Assembly: GCA_029974275.1 (NCBI GenBank)
Contig: JARKSN010000087.1
Span: 1-28,327, forward strand
From: Candidatus Hydrogenedentota bacterium
Lineage (GTDB): Bacteria; Hydrogenedentota; Hydrogenedentia; Hydrogenedentales; SLHB01
DNA length: 28,327 nucleotides
Direction of reading: 5' to 3'
Under the pieces are notes generated by a model. That model was not told the origin of the DNA, searched no databases, and saw nothing but the letters and a program-made list of their open reading frames with translations. Made by a program: the position numbers and the translations under genes. Of the stretch, positions 16,348 through 25,307 are shown piece by piece; position 1 is the first letter of the stretch; the number at the start of each line of letters is the position of its first letter.

Positions 16348-17346
16348 AACCTTGCCGGACGCCTTTTCCTGCTCGGCCCGCTTCACATCGGCGTCCACCA
16401 TGAGCCGCACCAGTTGCCGAAACGTCGTTCGAGACTCCCACCCCAACTGCCGCTTGGCCTTGCTTGCGTCGCCCACGAGCAAGTCCACCTCGCTAGGACG
16501 ACAATAACGGGGATCCTTCTCGACATATTCACGGTAATCCAGGTCGAGGTACGAGAAGGCCTCGTCCAAAAACTCGCGGACCGTGTGGCTCTCGCCCGTA
16601 GCGAGCACATAATCCTCTGGGCCATCCTGCTGCAACATGCGCCACATGCCTTCGACATATTCCTTGGCGTATCCCCAATCGCGCCGCGCATCGAGATTGC
16701 CCAGATAGACCTTCCGCTGCAACCCCAGCTTGATGCGCGCGGCGGCGGTCGTGATCTTGCGCGTCACAAAGGTTTCGCCCCGGCGCGGTGATTCGTGATT
16801 GAACAAAATGCCGTTGCAGGCGTACATGCCATAGGCTTCGCGATAGTTCACGGCCGCCCAATAGGCAAAGACCTTAGCCACGCCGTAGGGACTGCGCGGA
16901 TGAAACGACGTCGTCTCGGTTTGCGGAACTTCCCGCACCAACCCATACATTTCACTGCTGGACGCCTGATAATAGCGCACCGGCGCGCCGCTATGGCGGA
17001 TGGCCTCCAACATGCGGATCGCGCCCACCGCCACAATGTCCGCCGTGTATTCCGGAATGTCGAAACTGACGCGAACATGGCTTTGTGCCCCAAGGTTATA
17101 CACCTCGTCCGGTTGCACGCGGTTGATAATTTGACCCAGCGCCGCCGAATCGCTGAGATCGCCGTACATAAGGTTCAAGCGACGTTTTTCGACATGCGGA
17201 TCCTCGTAGATGTGATCGATCCGCCCCGTATTGAACGAACTTGACCGGCGGATGAGCCCGTACACTTCATAGCCCTTCTCGAGCAGCAGTTCCGCCAAGT
17301 ACGATCCATCCTGCCCCGTGATGCCGGTGATCAGCGCCTTTTTCAC
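16342..17346 (-). CDS. gmd: GDP-mannose 4,6-dehydratase
   Basis: [54 protein letters not shown] and [11 protein letters not shown]. Confidence 0.97.
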   Translation of the reverse strand: MKKALITGITGQDGSYLAELLLEKGYEVYGLIRRSSSFNTGRIDHIYEDPHVEKRRLNLMYGDLSDSAALGQIINRVQPDEVYNLGAQSHVRVSFDIPEYTADIVAVGAIRMLEAIRHSGAPVRYYQASSSEMYGLVREVPQTETTSFHPRSPYGVAKVFAYWAAVNYREAYGMYACNGILFNHESPRRGETFVTRKITTAAARIKLGLQRKVYLGNLDARRDWGYAKEYVEGMWRMLQQDGPEDYVLATGESHTVREFLDEAFSYLDLDYREYVEKDPRYCRPSEVDLLVGDASKAKRQLGWESRTTFRQLVRLMVDADVKRAEQEKASGKVL

Positions 17347-17519
17347 GTCTCTCCCCTCCCCCCTGCCTGCATCAGGCTAGCGCATTGTCGCACAACGACG
17401 GACGTTTCTACGGACAACATTCCCCTGCGAAAGAGGCTTCTCCCGGCGCCCTATCAATCGCCGCGAACGATAAACAGGCGGCGCGTCTCCCTAAACGAAC
17501 GTTCCCGCCAGGGTTGGCA

Positions 17520-18914
17520 TCAGCGCAAGACAAGCTGACCTTGACGCGCATAGTCGAGCGCGAGCAAAAGAATGCGCGCGGCCTCTTGCGGCGCGTGGAA
17601 CCCGGATGAATTCTCCGCCTCGACGAAATCAAGAAGAAATTGCGCCTTACGCTGCAGGGCGCACGCGTCAGCCAACGGCGTTTCCGCAGCGCCGGCGGCG
17701 CGTGCGGCCTTGATTTCGCCGATCAAGGCGACGACCGCATCCATGACGCGATCGCGCATCTCCATTGTGCGCCCCTGGATTGTTTCCACGCGGCTCTTCA
17801 ACTCTTCCTCCGGAAATTTGTGGCAGGTCTGACACGCGTTGTTGATGTGCAGCACCGGGCTCTGGATGTGGTGATCGCTGATTTTGAGCGCGCCCACGCG
17901 TTTGTACGGCATGTGGCAGTCGGCGCAAGCGACGCCCGAGCGCGCGTGCACGCCCTGACTCCACATCTCGAATTCAGGATGTTGCGCTTTCAACGCCGAC
18001 GCGCCGGTGTCGGCGTGGATCCAATCCTTGTGACCGTTTTCCTCATAGTAGGCGAGAATATCATCTCCCTTGAGCCCTTTTGTCCAAGGATAGACCAAGC
18101 GCTTCTCAGGCCCCTGGAAATAATACTCGACGTGGCACTGGCCACAGACAAAAGAACGCATCTCCTGGCGCGTGGCCATCACGTTGGGATCGTAATCGGA
18201 AACGCCCTGGGCGGCCTTGGCGGCGCGGATGCCCTCCAGAAAACCGGGGCGCGTAATGCGCAGCTGCATGGTCTGCGCATCGTGACAATCGATGCAGGTC
18301 ACGGGATGCGTCACCAGTTCTCGGGCTTCCGCATACGGCATCTGGTTCATCTTCTCGAACCCCTTGACGATGTCGCCGTCGCCGAGTTTCTTGTAGGGGA
18401 CATACACCGACGCGTGGCAGTGCATGCACGTGCCGGGCTGCTTGGCGGCCTGTTGGCGTTCGGTGTAGGTCTGATCTTCAAGCATGTACGCATGGCCACG
18501 TTCCTCGCGAAAATCCTTGGCGAAGGCATACCCCGCCCAGAGGGTTTTCAGACGAGGGTCCTCTTCGAGTTTCGATTGCGCCACCACCGATCGCGGGTCG
18601 GCCTCGGTCGGCGTGCGCGGCATGGCCTCGCTGCCGCCGTAGCGAGTGCGGGCCATATCGGCCGTGCGCAAATACGCGTCGTATTGCAGCGGAAAATTCT
18701 TGCCCCACACGGCGGGATCCTCGGTGTCGTCGGTCAAATCGACCACCCGGAAAAAGGGATTGCGCGCCTCCTGCTTGTGCTCAAAAATGTTCACCAACAG
18801 CGCCGCAACCCCAAACGTCGCCACCGCCGAAAACAAGGCCGCGGCGACCAGTAAGGCGACAAATCCCCGAAGCGACTTCCTCTGCGTTTCCGTCGACTGA
18901 TTACGGGCGATCAT
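17520..18914 (-). CDS. nrfA: Ammonia-forming cytochrome c nitrite reductase catalytic subunit (CXXCH-type heme 1)
   Basis: Five heme motifs (CMHCH, CIDCH, CGQCH, CADCH, CQTCH); LWAGYAF..DFREERGH, CHVEYYF, KAQHPEFE and GFHAPQE; N-terminal TM helix. Confidence 0.95.
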   Translation of the reverse strand: MIARNQSTETQRKSLRGFVALLVAAALFSAVATFGVAALLVNIFEHKQEARNPFFRVVDLTDDTEDPAVWGKNFPLQYDAYLRTADMARTRYGGSEAMPRTPTEADPRSVVAQSKLEEDPRLKTLWAGYAFAKDFREERGHAYMLEDQTYTERQQAAKQPGTCMHCHASVYVPYKKLGDGDIVKGFEKMNQMPYAEARELVTHPVTCIDCHDAQTMQLRITRPGFLEGIRAAKAAQGVSDYDPNVMATRQEMRSFVCGQCHVEYYFQGPEKRLVYPWTKGLKGDDILAYYEENGHKDWIHADTGASALKAQHPEFEMWSQGVHARSGVACADCHMPYKRVGALKISDHHIQSPVLHINNACQTCHKFPEEELKSRVETIQGRTMEMRDRVMDAVVALIGEIKAARAAGAAETPLADACALQRKAQFLLDFVEAENSSGFHAPQEAARILLLALDYARQGQLVLR

Positions 18915-18955
18915 GCGTCTTCCTTTCCCTCGCGTGTTGGGCGCGCCCTGCCATG

Positions 18956-19405
18956 CTATTCGAGATGCCCCACCGAGGGGTGACAGCGAATGCAGGACGT
19001 CATGTTCTGGCCAGCGTGGACACGATCAATGGCTTGGACGATATCCCCATGGCATCGGCGGCAGGCGGCCTCGGCAATGGCGCGGTTGCGCGGCGTGATC
19101 GCGATAGGCTCGTGAAAACCGCCCAAGGTGAAGGCCATCGAATGGTGGTAGCCGTTGAGGGCCTTCGTCGCATACTTGCCGATGAAGTCATGCGGCGTGT
19201 GACAATCATTGCACACGGCAACGGCGCGGTGGCTCGAACGCTCCCACGCGTTGTAGTTATCGTTCATGACGTGACAGTTCGCGCACGCGGCCGGATTGTC
19301 GGTGAGATACGACGCGCCCCGGGCGTAAAGAAACGTGTACGCCCCCACGCCCGACAGCGCACCGCTCAATAGCCCTGCCAACACTGCCGCTATGCCGCGC
19401 ATCAT
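18956..19405 (-). CDS. nrfH: Tetraheme NapC/NirT-family quinol dehydrogenase subunit
   Basis: TM anchor plus CANCH(VM), CNDCH, CRRCH and CIRCH; immediately upstream of nrfA. Confidence 0.93.
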   Translation of the reverse strand: MMRGIAAVLAGLLSGALSGVGAYTFLYARGASYLTDNPAACANCHVMNDNYNAWERSSHRAVAVCNDCHTPHDFIGKYATKALNGYHHSMAFTLGGFHEPIAITPRNRAIAEAACRRCHGDIVQAIDRVHAGQNMTSCIRCHPSVGHLE

Positions 19406-19451
19406 GGCGTGGACTCCCTCGCGTCAGACCCTGCCCAGATGATATGGCGGG

Positions 19452-19480
19452 ATTGTACCGAAAGGATGGCGGCGCTGCAA
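19452..19480 (-). promoter_or_regulatory. Putative sigma70 promoter of nrfHA
   Basis: Minus strand TTGCAG-N17-TACAAT, about 45 nt upstream of the nrfH start. Confidence 0.5.
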
Positions 19481-19631
19481 TGCCGCCGCTGCAGCAAAAA
19501 CGCGCACACAAATACGCGGGCGATCCTGGCTTCTGGCGCCATGCAGAAACTTCCCTGGCGCGGCAGGATTTGCTTTCCGGAAACGCGAACCCCAACCCGC
19601 CCTCCATCGCAACTCCTTTCGCAGAAACGCC

Positions 19632-19645
19632 TTGAGACGAATCAA
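19632..19645. promoter_or_regulatory. FNR/Crp-family-like box
   Basis: TTGAG-ACGA-ATCAA, one mismatch to TTGAT-N4-ATCAA, in the divergent nrfH/flgF intergenic region. Confidence 0.45.
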
Positions 19646-19649
19646 CTCC

Positions 19650-19666
19650 TTGGCATATGCCTTGCT
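19650..19666 (+). promoter_or_regulatory. Sigma54 (-24/-12) promoter of the flgF operon
   Basis: TTGGCATATGCCTTGCT: GG(19652-3)-N10-GC(19664-5), close to TGGCAC-N5-TTGCW. Confidence 0.75.
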
Positions 19667-19968
19667 TTCCCCTGACGGTGGTCTAACCAGACGGCATTGC
19701 CGTTCCGAAGTCCTTGCGACTTTTCAGAACGCCCATGCGTCCCGTCCCGTGCTTCGGCGTTGGCGACACAAAGACCGCCCATTCTCGTGAGAGGCGGCCC
19801 GGAACTCAGCATACGGGGTGAACAGCCCGTATGTAAGCGCCGTCGCTGGTCTTGGAGTGACCGGAGCCGCCGAACGCTACGCCTGCGGGCGATTGCATAC
19901 ATGCCGCCGTACCGGCGGCCAGAACCGACTGTGCGACAGGGGACCCAAAGGAGACAGAGGGGCGAAAG

Positions 19969-20721
19969 ATGCTGCAAGGACTCTACGCGGCGGCGAACGG
20001 CTTGGTCTCCGAAGAAGCGCGGCAGGCCGTTATCGCCAACAACATCGCAAACGTCTTCACCGCGGGATTCAAACGCCAGGAACCGGTGCAGCAAGGTTTT
20101 TACAGCGTCTTCCGCGACTCCATGAGCGTCGCGCGCCTGAACGCGGAACGATCGCCGGGCGGCGGAGTCAAACTGGTCGAAACCTATACCGATCCGGCAG
20201 AAGGAACCGTCACCACCACAGGCAACAACCTCGATATCGCCTTGTCAGGCCCCGGATATCTTGTCGTGGACACGCCCCAGGGCGAACGCTTCACCCGTGC
20301 CGGAAAATTCATGATCGACAGCGACGGGCAACTGGCAAACGATGCGGGACACAAGGTGCAAGGAACCGGCGGCCCCATCGACGTGCGCGGAGGCGCCGTG
20401 CAGTTTGACGGAACCGGCCGGGTGATTGTAGACGGCGCGCCGGTCGGAACGCTCCGCCTTGTCGAATTCGAGGACCCGCGCATGCTGACGCGCGAAGGCA
20501 ATACGCTGTTCGCCGCCTCGCAAGCGGCGATGGACCGATCGGCCCCGGCGGACCAAACCCGGGTGGCGGCAGGATCGCTGGAAATGTCCAACGTTCAACT
20601 GCCGCACGAGATGATTGGCATGACGCTGGGATTGCGCGCCTATTCGGCGAACCAGCGGGTCATCAGCGCGTTTGACGAAACCTTGGGCAATTTGATCGAA
20701 CGGGTGGGCATGCCGATCTAG
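19969..20721 (+). CDS. flgF: Flagellar basal-body rod protein FlgF
   Basis: GLYAAANGL..IANNIANV.TAGFK, TGNNLDIALSGPGY, FTRAG.F and GSLEMSNV; precedes flgG. Confidence 0.88.
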   Translation: MLQGLYAAANGLVSEEARQAVIANNIANVFTAGFKRQEPVQQGFYSVFRDSMSVARLNAERSPGGGVKLVETYTDPAEGTVTTTGNNLDIALSGPGYLVVDTPQGERFTRAGKFMIDSDGQLANDAGHKVQGTGGPIDVRGGAVQFDGTGRVIVDGAPVGTLRLVEFEDPRMLTREGNTLFAASQAAMDRSAPADQTRVAAGSLEMSNVQLPHEMIGMTLGLRAYSANQRVISAFDETLGNLIERVGMPI

Positions 20722-20750
20722 TTATCGGCGCACATGGGGAGCGGAAACGT

Positions 20751-21542
20751 ATGATACGCGCACTGTTTACGGCGGCGACGGGAATGATCGCGCAGCAATT
20801 GAACATCGACACGATCGCCCACAACATGGCGAACGTGAACACCACCGGCTTCAAAAAAAGCAGGGTGAACTTTCAAGACCTCATCTACGAGACGATCAAA
20901 CCCGCAGGCTCCGAAACGGCCGCCGGCCAAACCATTCCGGAAGGAATCCAGGTAGGACACGGCGTGCGCCCCGCTTCGATCGCCAAACTGTTTTCGCCCG
21001 GCAATTACATTCAAACCGGCAATCCCCTCGACCTCGTGATCGAAGGCGACGGCTTCTTTCAGGTGACCCTGCCCGACGGAACCATCGGCTACACGCGCGA
21101 CGGCAATTTCAAGCTCGATGCGAACGGGCAGATCGTTTCGACGGATGGTTATCCGCTGCAGCCGGGCATCACCGTGCCGAACAACGCCCTCAGCGTGAAC
21201 ATCGGATCGGACGGCACCGTATCCGCGATGGTCCAAGGCAACGCCGCCCCGCAAAACCTGGGAACCATCCAATTGGTGCGATTCGTGAACCCCGCAGGCC
21301 TCGACGCGCGGCTGGGACGCAACATCCTGTTGGAAACCCAGGCCTCGGGCGCGCCGATCGCCGGACAACCGGGCCTCGATGGCCTGGGCACGCTCGAAAA
21401 CGGCTTTCTCGAAAACTCGAACGTCCAAGTCGTGGAGGAAATCCTGAATCTCATCATCGCGCAACGCGCGTACGAGGCCAGTTCGAAGGTCATTCAAACC
21501 TCCGACGAAATGCTGCAAACCGCAAACAACGTGCGACGGTGA
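20751..21542 (+). CDS. flgG: Flagellar basal-body distal rod protein FlgG
   Basis: MIRALFTAATGM.AQQ, NTTGFKKSRVNFQDL.Y, GIQVG.GV and AQRAYEA.SKVIQTSDEML. Confidence 0.96.
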   Translation: MIRALFTAATGMIAQQLNIDTIAHNMANVNTTGFKKSRVNFQDLIYETIKPAGSETAAGQTIPEGIQVGHGVRPASIAKLFSPGNYIQTGNPLDLVIEGDGFFQVTLPDGTIGYTRDGNFKLDANGQIVSTDGYPLQPGITVPNNALSVNIGSDGTVSAMVQGNAAPQNLGTIQLVRFVNPAGLDARLGRNILLETQASGAPIAGQPGLDGLGTLENGFLENSNVQVVEEILNLIIAQRAYEASSKVIQTSDEMLQTANNVRR

Positions 21543-21564
21543 TAGGCCCCAGGAGACGTAATTC

Positions 21565-22542
21565 ATGATGCGCCGGAACACGAGAAGCATCGCGCGGCAT
21601 GCAGGCGGCATGGGCGTTGCCCTGCTGGTCGCCTTGGCGGCCGCCCGAGGATATGCGGCGGACGCCGTGACCCTGAAACCGGAAGCATACGTCAAAGGCC
21701 CGACGGTGCTGCTGGGCGACGTGGCCGAAGTCACCGGCGAAAACGCCGAAGCCCTCGCCTCGATCACCGTGGGAACGGCCGCCGTTCCCGGCGGAATCAA
21801 GCGCCTCGACGCTGCGCTGCTCGCCGCGCGCATCAAAAACGCCGGATTCAGCGACAACGACGTTCACATCACCGGCCCGCCCAGCGTGGTCGCCAAAACC
21901 CTGCGGGTCGAACTCACCAAAGAAATGATCGCCGAAGACCTGCGGCGTTTCATCCAAACAAAGGTTCCCTGGGAACCGGACGACACCCTCATCGACGTCA
22001 TTCCGCCGTCGCAGGACATCGCGGCGCCCGACGGCGAACTGAGCATAAACTGGATGCCTGCCGCGCAATACCGGTTCCTGGGGCCGGGCGTGTTTCGGGG
22101 CGATATCAAGGTGGACGGAACGCTCTGCCGCACGATCTCCTGCCAAGTGAACATCGCGGCGTATGCCCCCGTTATCGTGACGACGACGGACATCCCCCGC
22201 GGCAAGGTCATCGCAGCGTCAGACGTCGCGCTCGAGAAGCGTCCGCTTGCCCCCAACGCCGTCGATTCCGCGCAAAGCCTGGACGAAGTCGTCGGATTCG
22301 CGGCCAAATCCACGCTGCTGCCCGGTCAAGTCATCAGCACACGACATTTGCTGCCCAAGCAGGTCATCAAGCGCAACCAGACGGTGATCGTCGAGGCCCA
22401 ATCGGGCGGCCTGGTCGTGCGGGCCCGGGCGCGCGCCATGACCGACGGCCGCGAAGGCGATATCGTCTCATGCCAAAACATGGAATCCAAAGAAGAATTC
22501 ACGGGAATTGCACGAGCCGACGGCGTCGTGGCGGTCCCATAA
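21565..22542 (+). CDS. flgA: Flagellar P-ring formation chaperone FlgA
   Basis: Signal peptide, VLLGDVAEV, SAF-like DIPRGKVIAASDV and RAMTDGREGDIV..QN; lies between flgG and flgH. Confidence 0.88.
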   Translation: MMRRNTRSIARHAGGMGVALLVALAAARGYAADAVTLKPEAYVKGPTVLLGDVAEVTGENAEALASITVGTAAVPGGIKRLDAALLAARIKNAGFSDNDVHITGPPSVVAKTLRVELTKEMIAEDLRRFIQTKVPWEPDDTLIDVIPPSQDIAAPDGELSINWMPAAQYRFLGPGVFRGDIKVDGTLCRTISCQVNIAAYAPVIVTTTDIPRGKVIAASDVALEKRPLAPNAVDSAQSLDEVVGFAAKSTLLPGQVISTRHLLPKQVIKRNQTVIVEAQSGGLVVRARARAMTDGREGDIVSCQNMESKEEFTGIARADGVVAVP

Positions 22543-22554
22543 GGAGAAACGACT

Positions 22555-23193
22555 ATGCGCACGATCATAGGGTGTTGGGCGCTCGCCGCATGGTTCACGA
22601 CGGGAGTGGCCTGCGCGGATTCGCTTTTCAACAAAAGAGCCTCCGACCAAGGCACGCTCATCTCCAACAAAAAGCCCGATTTCAAGATCGGCGACATCAT
22701 CACGGTGCAGGTAGTCGAAAACATCGACGCCTCCACCGAAGCAGACACCCACACGAAAAAAGACGGCAAGGTGGGAACCCAGGCCCCAGTGGCCGCCAAT
22801 CCCTTCCTCATCTCGGAAGGCGTGGGCGGACTCAACATCATCTCGTCGAAACAGCTGCCGAATTGGGACATCAAAACCGGCAACGAACACAAAGCCACCG
22901 GATCCGAAACCCGCGCCAACAAACTGATCACCACCGTAAGCTGCCTGGTCGAGGAAGTGATGGACAGCGGCAACCTGCGCATCGCCGGAGCCAAACGCGT
23001 GACCGTGAACCGCGAAGATTCGAAACTGCTCGTGCGCGGAACCATTCGCGCGCGCGACGTGCGCCCGGGCAACACCATATTGTCAAGCCAAATCGCCAAC
23101 GCCGAAATCGAACTCAAGGGACAGGGGTCGCTGTGGAACAACCAGCGCCGCGGCATCATCACGCGAATTCTCGATTGGTTCTCGCCTTTCTAA
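22555..23193 (+). CDS. flgH: Flagellar L-ring protein FlgH
   Basis: KIGDIITVQVVE, V.EV..SGNL.I.G.K, RGTIR..DV..GNTILSSQIANAEI and C-terminal WFSPF. Confidence 0.93.
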   Translation: MRTIIGCWALAAWFTTGVACADSLFNKRASDQGTLISNKKPDFKIGDIITVQVVENIDASTEADTHTKKDGKVGTQAPVAANPFLISEGVGGLNIISSKQLPNWDIKTGNEHKATGSETRANKLITTVSCLVEEVMDSGNLRIAGAKRVTVNREDSKLLVRGTIRARDVRPGNTILSSQIANAEIELKGQGSLWNNQRRGIITRILDWFSPF

Positions 23194-23224
23194 ACGGCGC
23201 GGGCAATATGCCAAGGGGGTATTC

Positions 23225-24331
23225 ATGATTTCTATGCGATGGCGGACATGGATGGCCGTGGCGGCGCTGGCAATCCTGGGCGCGCAGACGGCACAGGCCA
23301 TGCGCCTCAAAGACCTGTGCGACATCCAGGGAGCCCGCGGCAATGCCCTCACCGGCATCGGCTTGGTCATCGGTCTCGCCGGCACCGGCGACAAGACCCC
23401 CGCGGCCATCAACGCGCAACAGCGCATGTTGGACCGCCTCAACATCGACATCGCCAGCACCAAGGAACTGAAATCCGACAACGTCGCCGTCGTCATCGTC
23501 ACAGCCACCTTTCCCGCATTCGCCAAAGAAGGAACGCGCATCGACGTGCAAGTCAGCTCGATCTACGACTGCAAAAGCCTGGAAGGCGGAACCCTCCTCG
23601 AAACCCTGATGTGCGGCATCGACAACGAAACGTACGCCGTCGCGCAAGGACCAATCAGCATCGGCGGATTCAACGCCAGCGGCGGCGGAGGAGCCGCGTC
23701 CGTGCGAAAAAACCACGTAACCGCGGGCCGTGTCCCGATGGGAGCCTATATTGAACGCGAAATCCCTTCGACGATCACCGACGGCCAGCGGATATCGCTC
23801 CTGCTCAAACAACCCGATTTCACCACCGCCAACAACATCCAGGAAGCATTGAACCAAACCTTTGGAGCGACCGCCGCCACGGCGCTGGGCGCAGGCGTCG
23901 TTCAAATCGGCATCCCCAATGACGCCAAGGCGAACCTTGTCGGCTTCATCGCCCGCCTGCAAGACCTCGACGTGAAAACAGGCACGCCGTCGCGCGTCGT
24001 GATCAACGAACGCACCGGCACGATCGTGGTCGGCGAAAACGTGATGGTCAAGCCATGTCAGATCGCGCACGGCTCCCTGAGCATTCGCATCTCAACGGTG
24101 ACGGAAATCTCCCAGCCCGCCCCGTTTTCCTACGGAACCACCGAAAAAGCCAAAGGCACATCGGTCGACGTCAACGAACAATCGGCCTCGCTGCTGCCCG
24201 TGGAGGGAACGTCCGCAGCGGAAGTGGCAAACGCCCTCAACAAACTCAAAGTCACCCCGCGCGACCTGATCGCCATCTTCCAGGCCCTGCGTCAGGCCGG
24301 ATCGCTCGAAGCCGATCTGGAGATCATGTGA
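23225..24331 (+). CDS. flgI: Flagellar P-ring protein FlgI
   Basis: RLKDL..IQGAR.NAL.GIGLVIGLAGTGD, SLEGGTLL, PDFTTA, VVINERTGTIV and IFQAL..AGSL.A.L. Confidence 0.96.
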   Translation: MISMRWRTWMAVAALAILGAQTAQAMRLKDLCDIQGARGNALTGIGLVIGLAGTGDKTPAAINAQQRMLDRLNIDIASTKELKSDNVAVVIVTATFPAFAKEGTRIDVQVSSIYDCKSLEGGTLLETLMCGIDNETYAVAQGPISIGGFNASGGGGAASVRKNHVTAGRVPMGAYIEREIPSTITDGQRISLLLKQPDFTTANNIQEALNQTFGATAATALGAGVVQIGIPNDAKANLVGFIARLQDLDVKTGTPSRVVINERTGTIVVGENVMVKPCQIAHGSLSIRISTVTEISQPAPFSYGTTEKAKGTSVDVNEQSASLLPVEGTSAAEVANALNKLKVTPRDLIAIFQALRQAGSLEADLEIM

Positions 24332-24759
24332 TGACGCCCATATCCCCCCTATCCACGGCAACCGAAAAAAACCAGGACGTCTTCGAAGCCGCACAACGCA
24401 AAACCGCACTCAAGGGGATCGAACGGCTGTTCGCGAAACTCCTGCTCGACGAAATGCGAAAAACCGTTCCCGAGGGCGGCTTGTTCGGAGGCGATTTCGC
24501 CGCGCGGATGCAACGCGAGTTTTTCGACGACGCCCTGAGCGAAGCCATCGCCGACACGGGCCAATTCGGAATCGCCAAGACGATCGATGCACAACTCCGC
24601 ATGGCCGAAAACGCGCCAAAACCAAACGGGGATCGAGAACCATCGGCATATCTGCCCTTGTCCCGAGCCGTCGCCCCTCTCAAGCCCAGGCCCCCTTGTG
24701 CCGATAACTACGGAGACCCTCGCGCCGCCCGCCCGATGACGCGCGACGCGACCCCATAA
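24331..24759 (+). CDS. flgJ: Short FlgJ (rod-binding domain only)
   Basis: IERLFAKLLLDEMRKTVPEGGLF..FFDDALSEAIA..GQFGIA..I..QL; start moved to ATG 24331; no muramidase domain. Confidence 0.8.
   Translation: MTPISPLSTATEKNQDVFEAAQRKTALKGIERLFAKLLLDEMRKTVPEGGLFGGDFAARMQREFFDDALSEAIADTGQFGIAKTIDAQLRMAENAPKPNGDREPSAYLPLSRAVAPLKPRPPCADNYGDPRAARPMTRDATP
24680..24707 (+). promoter_or_regulatory. Sigma28 (FliA)-type promoter inside the flgJ 3' end
   Basis: TCAAG-N15-GCCGATAA; perfect -10 element upstream of flgN-flgL. Confidence 0.7.
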
Positions 24760-24796
24760 CAGGCGGGCGATGCCGCGAAACTACAAGAGGTTCTAC

Positions 24797-25300
24797 GTGG
24801 AAAACGCCTTTAGCCAGCTATGCGATCTATTGACCGACGAAGCCGAGCGCCAGGAAACAATCCTGTCGCTGCTACGCGCTCAAGGCGAAGCCGTGCGGGC
24901 GCGCGACGCCGTCGCCGTCGAAGACCGCACGCGCGCCATCGAACTCGCGGCGCGGGAAACCGCTGCCGGGGAAACGCTCCGGCAACGCGCCCTGGACCGT
25001 CTATTCGATTACTACGAACTGTCCGGCGACCAACAAACCATGTCCGCCCTGGTCACGCTGGCTCCTCCCCGCTGGCGCGATCGCCTAAAACACGTCCAAC
25101 AACGCATCCGGACAGCCCTGGAAGATTCACGCCGCGAAGTGCGCATCAACGCGCGCCTGATCCGTCAGGCCCAGCGAACCGTGGATGCATGCCTCGAACT
25201 GATCGCCGCCGCCGAGACGCCCGCACGAGGCTATGCGGCCACCGGAGCCGCCGCGGCGCGCGGGGAAGCCATCCCCGCATTGATTGACACGAAAGGATAA
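24797..25300 (+). CDS. flgN: Flagellar export chaperone FlgN
   Basis: Helical protein with INARLIRQ and Y...G..LIDTKG ending typical of FlgN, plus operon context. GTG 24797 has an AGAGG RBS; ATG 24770 is an alternative start. Confidence 0.72.
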   Translation: MENAFSQLCDLLTDEAERQETILSLLRAQGEAVRARDAVAVEDRTRAIELAARETAAGETLRQRALDRLFDYYELSGDQQTMSALVTLAPPRWRDRLKHVQQRIRTALEDSRREVRINARLIRQAQRTVDACLELIAAAETPARGYAATGAAAARGEAIPALIDTKG

Positions 25301-25307
25301 CACCGGC

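Noticed and set aside
19676..19705. c-di-GMP-I (GEMM) riboswitch suggested by GGTCTAA...GACGGC..TTGCC
   Set aside because: The upstream GGCAAA-P1-GACGCAAA half is absent.
19800..19835. c-di-AMP (ydaO) riboswitch suggested by GGAAC...GGGGTGAA...CCCGT
   Set aside because: The GAATCC and CAGCTAAC elements and expected spacing are missing; kept only as an unassigned structured leader.
19642..20125. ORFs spanning the flgF leader (19642-20094 minus, 19697-20125 plus)
   Set aside because: No convincing RBS, low-complexity Arg-rich translations, and overlap with flgF.
24055..24330. N-terminal extension of flgJ given by the ORF track
   Set aside because: It overlaps flgI out of frame; recognisable FlgJ sequence begins only after ATG 24331.
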